From positions 100,564,001 to 100,628,000 of the forward strand of contig OX597816.1 in NCBI GenBank assembly GCA_951406725.2: a stretch of DNA of 64,000 bases, in the 5' to 3' direction. Shown here one piece after another: positions 13,590 to 25,980 of this stretch. The notes beneath the pieces are model-generated. The model worked only from the letters and a program-made list of their open reading frames with translations. It made no database searches and had not been told where the DNA came from. The position numbers and the translations under genes are program-made. This DNA comes from Octopus vulgaris (lineage: Eukaryota). Within the stretch, counting starts at the first letter, position 1; the number at the start of each line of letters is the position of its first letter.

Positions 13590-14490
13590 GGTACCTGACA
13601 CAGTCCCTACTGTCCCTCTTCTACCAGCAAATTTGTACTGCCATTAGTGTCTCAGTCTCATCACGATGCCCAATAAATGAGGGATTACATTGATTATATT
13701 ACATCCCCTCTCCCAACATTTATTCATTCGCCCTTAGGTATCTATACCTCTCTTACCTTTGTCATCTCAACTATAAATCACTCATGCACTTTCTTACCAA
13801 CTAACATTACTTTTCTATATTGCTAGCCTCCACACTAGGTTACTCGCTATTGACATCTATCACACTCTTACTGATCATTTTCTGATTGTTCCTCATGTGC
13901 TTAATACCTCTACCATTACTGTCTGATCACACCATGCCATTACTCTCTCTTTCATGACTTTTCTAGCTCTGTTGCCTCCGTTTTTCTCCTCAGCAATGTT
14001 ATACAAATCACTCTGTCTTCTTCGTACCCTCACTTCTTTTCCCTTAGTTCTTCTTCTACAATCATCCTCTCTTCTACCCTTTTAGTTACATTGCCTTGTT
14101 CAAACAAGATAATGTTGAGCAATGAACACTCCTTTAGCTTTGCTGTGTACATGGCAACTAGTACGCTTTGTAAGTGATTGGCGTATAAGTGAAAATAACG
14201 TAGGTTTGAGAGGACTTTTAATCTTTCCTTGTTAAGGAAATGTAAACATCTCCAGTGCTTGTGCTATGATTAAATGCAAAGTATATATTTCTGTAAAGTG
14301 GCTGATTTTTGGTAGGATATCCAGCTGTTGAAATCATGCTATACATAAAGACATTTGGGTGAGATGTTCCTCAACTCATCTATGAGGACAATAACTCTAA
14401 ATAAGGGTTAACTCTGAATATGATGACCTGTCCAACTCATGCCAGCATTGGAAAGTAGACATAAAGTGATGATGGTGATTATGGTGGTAA
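13590..14490 (+). mobile_element. RTE-type LINE 3' UTR remnant
   Basis: Pyrimidine-rich tract followed by a decayed tail (GGATATCCAGCTGTTGAA...CCAACTCATGCCAGCATTGGAAAGTAGACATAAAGTGATGATG), the same layout as 19230-20690. Boundaries approximate. Confidence 0.5.
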
Positions 14491-14874
14491 TGACATTGAC
14501 ACAAGCACTGCTGCTGCTGCTATGTATTTTTTCTATATTCTACTTTTCATTTTAGTTGTTATGCTTCGTTATTCATGCTCACTAACAGTACAACCAGTGG
14601 AGAATGCTTGTCTAATTTCTTTCCAGCTTTCACATAACCTTCACACTAATTGATCATGCTATCATGCAATAGAATATTTCATATGTAATCAAACAATCTA
14701 GTTTTCACTTGAAGAGAGAGTCCTTTTATTGTTATATATGTGTTTGTGTGTACATGCTTTGGTATAAAATAAAGAAAAGGTTTTGAATGAATAAATTCAT
14801 TCAAAGCTAATGATTCACTCCATCACTACTCAGAGCTTTTCATCATGTGAATTTTCAAGTCCCAAAAATATATC

Positions 14875-15301
14875 TTTACTCTCTCTCTTTTCTCTTTTAC
14901 TTGTTTCAGTCATTTGACTGCGGCCATGCTGGAGCACCGCCCTTTTTTTAATCGAGCAACTCGACCCCGGGACTTATTCTTTGTAAGCCCAGTACTTATT
15001 CTATCGGTCTCTTTGCTGAACTGATAAGTGACGGGGACGTAAACACACCAGCATCGGTTGTTAAGCAATGCTAGGAGGACAAACACAGACACACAAACAT
15101 ACACGCGCACACACATATATATATATATACATATATACGATGGGCTTCTTTTCAGTTTCCGTCTACCGAATCCACTCACAAGGCTTTGGTCGGCCCGAGG
15201 CTATAGTAGAAGACACTTGCGCAAGATGCCACGCAGTGGGACTGAATCCGGAACCATGTGGTTGGTAAACAAGCTACTTACCACACAGCCACTCCTGCGC
15301 C
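14875..15301 (-). mobile_element. tRNA-derived CORE-type SINE (family C, octopus OR-like), full length
   Basis: Minus strand GGCGCAGGAGTGGCTGTGTGGTAAG...GGTTCCGGATTCAGTCCC head, internal (TA)/(TG) microsatellite, tail GACTGAAACAAGTAAAAGAG. Near-identical copies at 51653, 62734 and 63217. Confidence 0.9.
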
Positions 15302-16369
15302 TGTATGTAAAAAGTTGATGATTCAGAATAAAGTCTTAGTTCATCTAATTGTTCAGTTTCCATTGATAATTCACTTGGCTACATAAGTCTTGTGGGCTAC
15401 TTGTGACCAAAGCCAGCCATTGAAAATCAACAACCGGATGTCTCCTGCATTATTATTCTGCACCACTTTCTGCTTTGTCTTTGCATCATACTTTATGTCT
15501 AACTGTACTGTGCCTCCTCCAAGCAATTTATTATACCATCTCCTTTACTTTCTCCTGCTGAATGTGTTTGTGTGTATCAGTCGTCTCTTTATATTAAGAT
15601 TTGCAATCATAAAATAATATATTGGTTTGAGAAATATATTAAACTTCACTAATGATATCGGTAAAGGTTTCAACTTCATTTAACTTTTTCTTCCCAATCA
15701 TTTTTTCTGTTATTGAAACTATTGAAAGACATTTGGGAATATCTTTATCAAGCTACTGAGATTATTACTTTCATGATAGTTATAATAATCAAAATAAAAT
15801 TGAAAATGGAGTTATGGAAAAGAATTTTATTACACTTGGTTTTGGCAATAACCCTGTATCTTAAATATAATATAGTGGCAAGTTTTAAACTGGGCTGTTT
15901 GGGAATCAGTTTGAATACTCAGTAGTTTTATACTATTATCATAATTGGGAAAGGCTATCAGCTAATATACATTCAAAATGCCATTCTCCAAATCACTACT
16001 AAAATTGTATTTTTGACTATCATTTGTAGCTTGTGTTGAAGTAGGTATACTGCTGATCAACAAAGTTGGTTGACAATTTTATATATTATATAAAGCATTT
16101 GTCTGTTTCATCAGTTTGTGTCTAATTCTATTACTGAGAGCAAACTTTGTGCTATAACAAGGTATTGCCAATTCCTCTTAGAACATTTATCACTCTTATT
16201 ATCAATACTATGTTTCTGTATCACAAGAGACAATTTTTATTCCTACTTCCTGCTTACTTTTGAATAGCTGCCATTTTCACTCTTACCAATCACTGATGTA
16301 AACCAAATGGGATTAGTTCTTTCTTGTTAAAAACTTACATTTCTGATTTCTCCCACTTCTCTCTTTCTT

Positions 16370-16418
<49 letters not shown>

Positions 16419-17139
16419 ACATTTACATCTGCATATCTACCCACATAATTTGTTTCTTCCCACTATCTTTTTCTGTTGTATATTTATTATATTTTAATGC
16501 ATTCATACATTAAAACTAAAAATATTTTAGGCATATGACTAATCAGAATTTTATAATCAACTCCCGCTTTTGATATTTTGAGAAATACTATAATAATAGT
16601 TTAAACTATTATTATGTTTATTATTACTGTAACTTACACCGAAAGCAGAACATTTAATTTGAGTTATTATGTGTTAGCCTGGTCATGCACATTGGCATAT
16701 GACACTCCTTTATGAAAGAGAGATACAGTAAGTTCTCATTTCGGAGACCAACTTCTTAATTGTTTGATTGTTCTGACTGAAATTATGAGAGTATTTGATG
16801 CTGTCAGTTTGACTATTCTATTTTCACCAACAAAAAACAGCATTCTCAAGGTATTTTTCTATTTTTTAACACTTTACTTAATATCTATTATTTTCTCTTC
16901 CTGTGTATATTGGAGAACATCACTCACTAAGTCTTTATCTAACTTTAAAAAAAGAGATATCAAAACTTACAAAATAATGAAATATGGAAAGTAAATAGAT
17001 AAATTAGTAAAATAACTTTAAACAGTTATTAGCAAACTTGAAATAGATAATTGAAACATTTAATAACATTTTGAGGATTTGTAAAAAAATATGAATGAAT
17101 GTTATTAAACTAATTGGGAAAATACATAGGTTTTTAATG

Positions 17140-17875
17140 AGTGATGGCTTAACTGACACATTTCAGTGGTGTTTGTAATGACTTAGCTTAATGGTGATTG
17201 CAGTGATATCTCAATGTTTAACAGTTGTGATGCAGGTTAGTGTCTAAAGACAAAACTCATCTCAATGTTGGGTGTAGAGAAATAGCTAGAAGATGTTTGA
17301 AATGACACAGCTCAATATTGCCTGTGTAGAAATGACTCAGAAGTAGCTGTATTGAAATACTTCAGTGTTTTTAATGATACATGCTCATTGGTCATCAAAG
17401 TGATGCAGATCACTGTTGACTCTAATGGGACAACCCAGATAGTTGAAATGAAATATTACTGGTACCTATAATAATAATACAAGGCAGTGTCAATAGCAAT
17501 GCAACAGTTTGATGGTGGGTTGAAATGAGACAAATAGTTGCTTGTAGTAATGACACTGCTAAGTGATAGTTGTAATAACACAGCTAAATTGTGATTGCAG
17601 TGGAACAACTCACTGTTGACTGGTTTGAGACTTTAAAACTCTTTTGTAATGACACAATATAGTAACAGTTTTCATAGCACAACTCAGTGGTGTTTGTTTG
17701 GAAATAGTTTATTGATTTAAATGACAAAACAGTTGGTGGCTTAAACGGTCAGTAATGGTTCAATTTTTCTATATACAATGTTGTTTTTTTTAAAAATAAT
17801 TTTGTGTTAGTTGCATGTAGTGGTCACAATAAGTAACACAACTCTAAGGTAGTTGTAATGAGAGTGCTCAGCAGT
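17140..17875. repeat. Ancient degenerate minisatellite, ~25-bp unit
   Basis: Recurrent variants of CAGTGGTG(G/A)TTGTAATGACACAGCT throughout the interval. Confidence 0.6.
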
Positions 17876-18081
17876 TATACTATCCTGAAAGGCTCAGACA
17901 ATTTCATTTCATAATGTAAAGTGATACTACATTTCTCTTTCTAATACACACACACGTGTACATATGTATGCATGTGCATGTATAATACCCAGCTGTCTTT
18001 ATGTACTCTATTTTTGCATATAAACACATCATGCACACACCCTTAATCTCCATTATAAAATTTTGTTTTAATAGTTATCCC

Positions 18082-18113
<32 letters not shown>

Positions 18114-18589
18114 ACAATGAAATGTGGTGTTTGAAGATAAGTGAAAAATAAATATGTATACACATAAAAGTAGGGTACCTGAAGGCAGATGAAGAATTAA
18201 TTTAAGTCTAGTTACAGAATACAAACAAAAATGAGATTAACAGTCTGGAAATTTGAAATTATTGTAGCAATAATTCACATTTGTAACACAAGTAATGCTT
18301 GTTCCTATTTTATATGAATTGTTTACATGTTAATGTAATTATATTTTAATACTACAAAATTTGAGACATCTATTTAACTCATTAAAATGTTATTTTCTTC
18401 AAATATCTAAATCTCTGGTATTTATTTTTATGACTAATTTGCTCAAATAGTTTGGAGTCAGTTTCTTATTTTGGCTATAGACTTTTTAAATTATCATTGT
18501 ATTATTCTCTTGTAGACATACTTTTGTTATCATAAGGAACAAAAATGGTATGAAAGATGGGTTTGTGTATGTGTTAACAAAGAATGTAG

Positions 18590-20690
18590 ATTTCAGATAC
18601 AGCATGTGCACTGGGGTAATAAGAATAAAGAGTGTTTAGGAAATAAATTCTCTCAAGTGCCCAGATGATTCCTTAGAAATGTTTGAAACCTTTTGCAACT
18701 TAGGTGAACAAATTTACAGTGAGAAAGGATGTTCCAAAAATGTAGTTGATAGAATGGGTTGGAGCAAGTCTTAGGAGCTTTGGCTTTTGCTGCCTTGTAC
18801 CTCAAGAAAAAGAACAGACTGTATGATGCTTTGGTGTGAAGTGTGCTGCTGCACAGTAGTGAGATTTGGGCCTTAAGTGTGGAAGTCCTGGGAAAGCTTT
18901 AAAGAAGTGACATGAACATGCTTTGCTGGATGTGACATGTTAGTGTACATGATTGACAAGTATAAATAAGCTGAGAGATAAACTTATAGGAAGAATCAGT
19001 TGTATTGTGGAATAAAGGTGACTGTGCTGGTATAGGTATATTATGTGAATGAAGGATGACAGTTGTATAAGCTACTTCCTAACATTCGAAGTGAATGGTA
19101 CCTGAAGAAGAGAGAGACCATAGAAGACTTGGGATGAAATAGTGACAAATGATCTCAAGAGGTTATTTCTGATGACTGAAAACTATGTTGATTAGTAATA
19201 CAGATGCTGCAAAAAGCTCAACCTCCTGTGCAAGCTTGGTGAATGCAACCCTCTTTTTGTTGTGCCTCTGTTCCCTTTAGGTATGTGATCCCATACATCT
19301 ACTACCTCTCATCCATTCCATAACTGTTGTCCCATGACCATCTATTATAACTGCTCTGTTCATTCTGTACCCACTCATCTCCTCTAATTACAGTGCAGTG
19401 ACACCTGTAATTAAAAGGGAAGTACTTGATTTATTCATATCAATTATCTCCCCATATCCCCACCACCTGTATCCTGTTACTTCTACTTTTTCAGACATTG
19501 TAAGTCATGATTCTTTAATGAGGAGGGATTTTATGCTGACAACCCTTACCCACCCTCCCTGACTCTCCAGTCACCATGGACATGTTACCTCCACGATTAA
19601 TCTTAGCCTTCTGTCATCATTTTGTCTATCTCTCCTCATACCATTCTACCCACCCATATATGCCCATATATAAGGTAGCGCTGCATCTCCTACTGAACCC
19701 TTTCATCTTCCTTCCTCACTGCCCCTTTGCACTTAGCCTCTTTTCACTACCCCTCCCCAACACTATCATTCCCCTTACCTTTCTCTTCCCCTCTCATTAC
19801 CTACTCCTATCTTATCTTTCCTGCATGCATCACTTTATCCATTCCTATATGTCAAGGAGAAACACAACACCTCCCACTGCTTAACCCCCTCCACTGTTTT
19901 ATTACACCGACTCTTTCATTCCTGGCGTTATTCTTTACTTTCTGTCCATTACTCCTTTCCCTAACACTGTACTTACCTTTTCTAAACAATAAACCCCTGT
20001 AACTCCTGCAAGAACTGTTATGAATCTAGACAACCCACCCAATCCATACCAGAATTCCACAACTGATCCCATAGATCCCATCACTGGATCTATGTACTCA
20101 ATCCACAACATTAACATTATTACATTTTCCCCTCCCCTCTCCTTCATACTAATTCTTGACATAACTTTTCTTCTCCACCTCCTCTATCTCCCATTTTGTG
20201 CTATCATACTCTCATCACGAACCCATGAATTGTTCTTTTTTTTCCTTGTCTTTATCTGGTACCTCCTACTTTAACACAATTTCCTCAGTTCTTTTCTCCA
20301 TTTCCATTCTCTCACAATAAATCTGTCTTTTTCCATCAGAATATTCTCTTTTGCTTTGCCAGTTATAAGACAATTTCCAACAATGCTGGTGCTACAAAAT
20401 ACACTCAATACACTCTAAGCATTTGGTAATTGATCCCAACACCAACCATACAGGGTTTGAGATAGCTCTTTAGTCTAGTTGATGGCAAGGCAACCAGTAT
20501 AATACTATTGCCATTAAAATTACATTCAGTTACACTGTGTAAAATGATTTGCATCAGGAAGGGTACCAGCCATAGAAACCATTTCAAAATCCAGACACTG
20601 GAGGAAGAGTTAGTCCATCTTTTGTTGAATCCTGTCAAGCTGTTCTATACATGCCAGCATGGAAAACAGACATAAAATGATAACAGTGAT
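18590..20690 (+). mobile_element. RTE-clade LINE, 5'-truncated and degenerate (ORF C-terminus, pyrimidine-rich 3' UTR and tail)
   Basis: Broken translation includes SLKCPDDSLEMFETFCNLG, SVLLHSSEIWAL, RLCWYRY and RERP*KTWDEIV, matching RTE motifs FCYLG, ETW, RLRWFGH and RGRP..TW. Tail CATGCCAGCATGGAAAACAGACATAAAATGAT near 20650-20680. Confidence 0.8.
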
Positions 20691-21526
20691 ATATGTTGCT
20701 TAAAATATTTATCACATATATTACTTAGATAAAAATCATAAATTTTTTCTCTTCTTAATTATGTTTCACTAAACATTAACTATAAACCAATCTATCAACT
20801 GTGTGTGGTATTTTTTATCTTCATAATGTTCCTTAAACTGCAATTTAAACTAATCTTACTGAAAGATGTTATTTGGAATACATCAACAACTAATCATGTG
20901 CATCTGAAATTTTACTTTTCTTTCTTTCTGCCAGAAATTTTTTTTGCAATTATTGCAAAAATGGCTTCATAATATTGAGTTCCTCCATATATATTGACCA
21001 AATTTCTCCTATATATTGACCAAGGTTGTTTCTTTTATGCTTCTGACCTTTTGTGATCTCTGTTGCTTTCTAAAATTTAAATGTTTGCCACAGTGACCTT
21101 TAGACATTTTTAAACTTCCAGTTTTGTGTTGAAAGTTTTCATCAGACACTGCTAGAAAAATGAATTCATCAGAATATAAATGTTACCAGTCAAGCATCCA
21201 TAAATGCTCATAGACTGAGTCATTCATTTACTCAATAAGTTATGGGGTAAAAATCTCTAACTGCACTTTTGGTTTGAGGATGAAGCAGAGAGATGAAATT
21301 TATTAGATTCAAGGTTGGGAACTGTCCTAATCTAAATAACATCATATTGCTAGTAGTTTCAATTCTTTTATTATTTTTATATCTGAAAATTTAATAATTT
21401 TTTATGAGAATATGAAAGGTTTTATTCTATTTAACTCTTAATTACTTAACTGTAAAACTTAAGAACTATGCTTGCTTTTCTCACTCCATCAATTGTTATT
21501 GTATTTAAATATATATTTAAATATAT

Positions 21527-21978
21527 ATTTGCCAGCCTCGCCTGGCCCCGTGCCAGTGACATGTAAAAGCACCGTCCGTTCGTGGCCGTTTGCCAGCTCT
21601 GTCTGGCCCCGTGCCGGTGACACGTAAAAGCACCGTCCGTTCGTGGCCGTTTGCCAACTCTGTCTGGCCCCGTGTCGGTGGCACGTAAAAGCACCATCCG
21701 TTCGTGTTTGTTTGCCAGCCTCGGCTGGCCCCCGTGCCAGTGACACGTAAAAGCACCGTCCGTTCGTGGCCGTTTGCCAGTTCTGTCTGGCACCTGTGCA
21801 GGTGACACGTAAAAAGCACCCACTACACTCGCGGAGTGGTTGGCGTTAGGAAGGGCATCCAGCCATAGAAACACTGCCAGATCTGACTGGGCCTGACGAA
21901 ACCTTCCAGCTTCACAGACCCCAGTTGACCCATCCAACCCATGCTAGCATGGAAAGCGGATGCTAAATGATGATGATG
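21527..21978 (+). mobile_element. RTE-type LINE 3' end with about five 61-62 bp internal tandem repeats
   Basis: GTAAAAGCACC-type motif at 21563, 21624, 21685, 21747 and 21809, then GGAGTGGTTGGCGTTAGGAAGGGCATCC...CCAACCCATGCTAGCATGG...(TGA)n. Confidence 0.85.
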
Positions 21979-22719
21979 AATTTCTTCTCTCTCCACATAT
22001 TTCTTTCTTTCTAATTAAATCTTCCTGATACTTAGTTACTGTAGAATCTAATTTAACTAATTATTTTCAAATCCTCTTTTTCCATCTCTCTTTATTTTAT
22101 CTTCTTAACTCATTCATCCTTGCTTCCTATTTTATCTGTCCTCTTGGCATTATTTCACACCTAATAGTATATAAGAGATGCTGTAAGATCCTTTCTGTAT
22201 TCAAAAACAGCGGGAGGAATGTCAATGGCAAATAATGGAAACTGAGTCAAAGTTATAACTGCTGTAAAATCAATAAGCATGTACCAGGTGACAATTGATT
22301 GGTGCCACTACTATATACCAATAATTGTCAGTCAAGAATAGTAGCATTGATGCAGCTCAAATTCATACCATTCTTAGCAGAAGACATTCTCTTTCAGATG
22401 ACACTTGAGAGAATTTTTAGAATTAGCTGTTCTTATTTAGTAATCACTTGATAAAGTTGTCTTGAAAGTGATGTCCTTTCTATGGAAGGGAAGTATAGAA
22501 AGTTAACCTCTTAAAAGTAAAATAAAAATGTTATTTACCACCAATTTTAAAATTTATTCTAAATCATAACTATTGAATGTAAAGAACTTCTGCTATTTTA
22601 ATAGGAGATATATCAGCGAAACATTTTTTGCGGTATGTTTTTAGAATTAACTTGATGTTTTTTTTTTTTCAACAGCTTGTTTGCTAGGCCTCTGATATTA
22701 CATATTGGGAGAATTCACT

Positions 22720-23385
22720 AAAAAACAAAAGACATAGACATGTGGTGTAGACAACACACAGATGTATTAGATTAACACTCGGGAAATGAAAAAGTCTTTA
22801 ACATTTTGAGCCTATGCTATTCCACAGAAAGGAACACAGAAAGGAACAGGAAGAGAAAATAAAGAATGTGTAGTGGCTAGCGATCTATCATGGCAAATGC
22901 CAGACAGAGAGGTCACACAGGAGAGCTAGGAAGAAGGAGAGAAAATAAAGTAGTGGTGATCCCAAAACGAAGGTGCTCATGCATGTGTATAAGAGAGCAT
23001 GTATGTATGTGTGGAAGAGGGCTGGTGACCTTGATGTGTGTGTATGTGCATGTCTACGTATGTGGATGATGGTGTGGGGATGGGAAGTGGTCAGTGCTAG
23101 TGTGTACGTTGTGGTGTTGTGTGGTATGGTGGTGTGTGGTATGGTGGTGTGTGGTGTGGTGTGGTGGTGTTGGGATTACGAAGGCGGGTGACGATGAAGG
23201 GAGAGGGAGAAGGGAGAAGATGGGTATGAGTGAAGAGAAGAGAGAAGGAGGGTAGGAGTGAAGACAAGTAGGAGTCGGAGGAAGAGAGGAGAGATGGGTG
23301 AGAGAAAGTAGTGTGAAAGGAGGAGAGGAGAGGGAAGGAGATTTGAGTCCATGTGGCACAAAGGAGCGAAGAGAGAAGATTAATC
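22720..23385 (-). mobile_element. Penelope-like element 3' end (end of GIY-YIG domain plus 3' region with decayed minimal HHR)
   Basis: Minus strand translates LIFSLRSFVPHGLK, similar to the PLE C-terminal LIF.L.TL.P.GLN. Terminal segment is homologous to 46335-46458. Confidence 0.65.
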
Positions 23386-23560
23386 CATGTAAAATGTACC
23401 CACTACACTTTCAGAGTGTTTGGCGTTAGGAAGGGTATCCAGCTGTAAAAACATTGCCAGATTGGAGCCTGGTGCGGCCTCCTGGCTTGCCAGTCCCCAG
23501 TCAAACCATCCAACCCATGCCAGCATGGAAAACGGACATTAAACAATGATGATAATGACA
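23386..23560 (+). mobile_element. RTE-type 3' tail fragment
   Basis: CCCACTACAC...TGGCGTTAGGAAGGGTATCC...CCAACCCATGCCAGCATGG...(TGA)n. Confidence 0.8.
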
Positions 23561-24732
23561 GTACATTTGATTGAAAATTACTCTTACAGAATCACACAAT
23601 ACTGAATATTTTGTTTCCAACTAATTATTCAAGAATTCAGCTTATTACCCATGGAACACTTGGACTATGTATTCACACCAAAAATATTTTTCTAAGTGAA
23701 ATTTTCCTAATTCTATAGTATATATTTTCATATACCTTCTGTAACATATGAGGATATAATCCCACCCTCATTTCTATTAAAATTTAGACCTGAATTGCAA
23801 CAACAAACTCTCTCACAAATTAAATTAATTTCTTCATTACACATTAATTACTTTATAATTAATTACATTTGTAGAGGTCTATTTTAAATAGGGCAATATT
23901 AATTAAACTATATCCATATTATAGAAATTCTATTCTTATAGCTGTCTCAAAGGCAACTCTCTCCCTATCTTGCTTGCTCTTTCTCTCTCTTCTTCTCTTA
24001 CTCTCTCTTCCTCTCTCTCTCTCTTCTTCTTCTCTACTTTTTATTCTCACCCATTATTCTGTATCATTGAATTTAGACAATGAACCTATGAACTATATAT
24101 CCAATAAATGTACCTCAGTGAAAGAACTCAACATATATCGTTCTATAACAATGTATTGTGATTAAAGAAAAACAATACCGAAAACAATGCTGACATCCAC
24201 ATGAGGGGATATAATTTTGTACTTTAAAAGTAACTATTATTATATTTTCTATAGCAACACTGTCAGAGACTTCATATATTGCTCTGCATCTCTCAGTTGG
24301 GAAGTTTTACTTTCTTTACTCCAACCTATGAAAACCAATTAACTTTTCTCGATACTATAGTCTAACTCAGTTGTGTTTTTTTTTTTTATCTTTATTCAAT
24401 ATTTTGAAGAATTACAAAAATGTCATTTGTTGTTAAATCTTATTAAAACAGCAGATATTGGGAAAACATAAAGCATGAGAAAATCATCAGGTAGTATAAA
24501 ACATGTTTACATGAATCAAATTTATATATCAAATTTCATCGAAAGTAGAAAGTTTTGAATTTAATGAGGAAAAAATTAGAAAATTGTGTTGCACAGTATT
24601 TACATCCCATTCTTGGTATTTCCTCACACATTCTTCTTCATTCTTCCATTCTTTCCCACTTTACTGTAAATTTGTATTTGCTGCTACCATTCTTTCTTAT
24701 ATTCCCTAGTTTTGTGTTTTTCATTATTTTTC

Positions 24733-25000
24733 TTGTGTCTGGGGAGAGTCATTCTCTTTTAGTGCCTTATTATTTAACACACTCACCAATAAAATTTCCA
24801 CTTATTTCTTATTTTTTATTTTCTAAAATTTTCGTTGCGTCTTGCAACCTTTTCAAAAGTCTTTGAATTAAGACTATTGAAAAGGTTGCAAGATGCAACG
24901 AAAATTTTAGAAAATAAAAAATAAGAAATAAGTGGAAATTTTATTGGTGAGTGTGTTAAATAATAAGGCACTAAAAGAGAATGACTCTCCCCAGACACAA
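24733..25000. repeat. 268-bp near-perfect palindrome (fold-back/MITE-like element)
   Basis: TTGTGTCTGGGGAGAGTC...AAAAGTCTT / AAGACTATT...GACTCTCCCCAGACACAA. Arms ~131 bp with about 2 mismatches and a 6-nt loop. Confidence 0.95.
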
Positions 25001-25587
25001 CAGAATATGCTTCAACACACGAACTCATATAAAGAATCTTGCAAACCAAATCCAAAAACGAAATATTATTTTTCTTCATCTCTGATTATCTTCAATATTT
25101 TACAAAACCATCCAACCTATGATCTATATCTTACGAGAGAAACACTCCTATTTTACTTTTATACAAAATCCATGTGAACTCAACAGACAAGCCATAAGAT
25201 CCTGAAAAGATACCCCTAATCATTCTTTATTTCTACATTAACCTTACACTTAGATTTCTGAAAAGTAGCTTGCTATTTTGAATAATTTGTTTTGTTTTTA
25301 TCTGGGATATGTTTATATGGTATACTCTTTTTATATCATTAGTAAAGTATGTACATTCCTCTTCATTACCTCACTGTTGAATTCTTCTTAATTACTACTC
25401 TGAAGAAATTGTTGTACAACTTACAGATGGATATTGATTTAATATGCAATAAAGGTTGCATTATTATAAATTTACATACACATTTGTGTGCACACATACA
25501 TACACAACCATAAGCATGGTCCTATTGATTCTTGTACATGACTGACACAGCTATGAAGTAGCTTATTGAAATCTCTTTATATATATA

Positions 25588-25980
25588 TCATCATCATCAT
25601 CGTTTAAACGTCCGTTTTCAATGCTAGCATGGGTTGGACGGTTCGACCGGGGATCTGGGAAGCCAGAAGGTTGCACCAGGCTCCAGTCTTATCTGGCAAT
25701 GTTTCTACAGTGCCAGATATATATATATATATTTATTTTCTCTTTATATATATATATATATTATCTATATATATATACACATGTATATCATCATCATTTA
25801 GCATCTGTTTTGGGGACTGGTAAACTGGAGAGCTGTACCATGCTCCAGTCTGATTTGGCTTGGTTTTTATGGCTGGATGCCCTTCCTAATGCCAACTACT
25901 CCAAGAATGTAGTGGTTGCCTTTTATTGGTCACCAAGTCAGGTGCCTTTTATTGGTCACCAAGTCAGGTGCCTTTTACAT
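25588..25980 (-). mobile_element. Two RTE-type 3' tail fragments separated by (TA)n
   Basis: (CAT)n followed by CGTTTAAACGTCCGTTTTC..ATGCTAGCATGGGTTGG, and a second fragment with GGATGCCCTTCCTAATGCCAAC. Confidence 0.8.

Noticed and set aside
13559-13595. CTGAGGA...GAAA hammerhead-like spacing (similar partial hits near 19163, 21140 and 50975)
   Set aside because: No pairing stem I or stem II, or no NUH site.
14875-15301. tRNA genes in SINE heads
   Set aside because: A/B boxes continue into SINE bodies and no complete cloverleaf is present.
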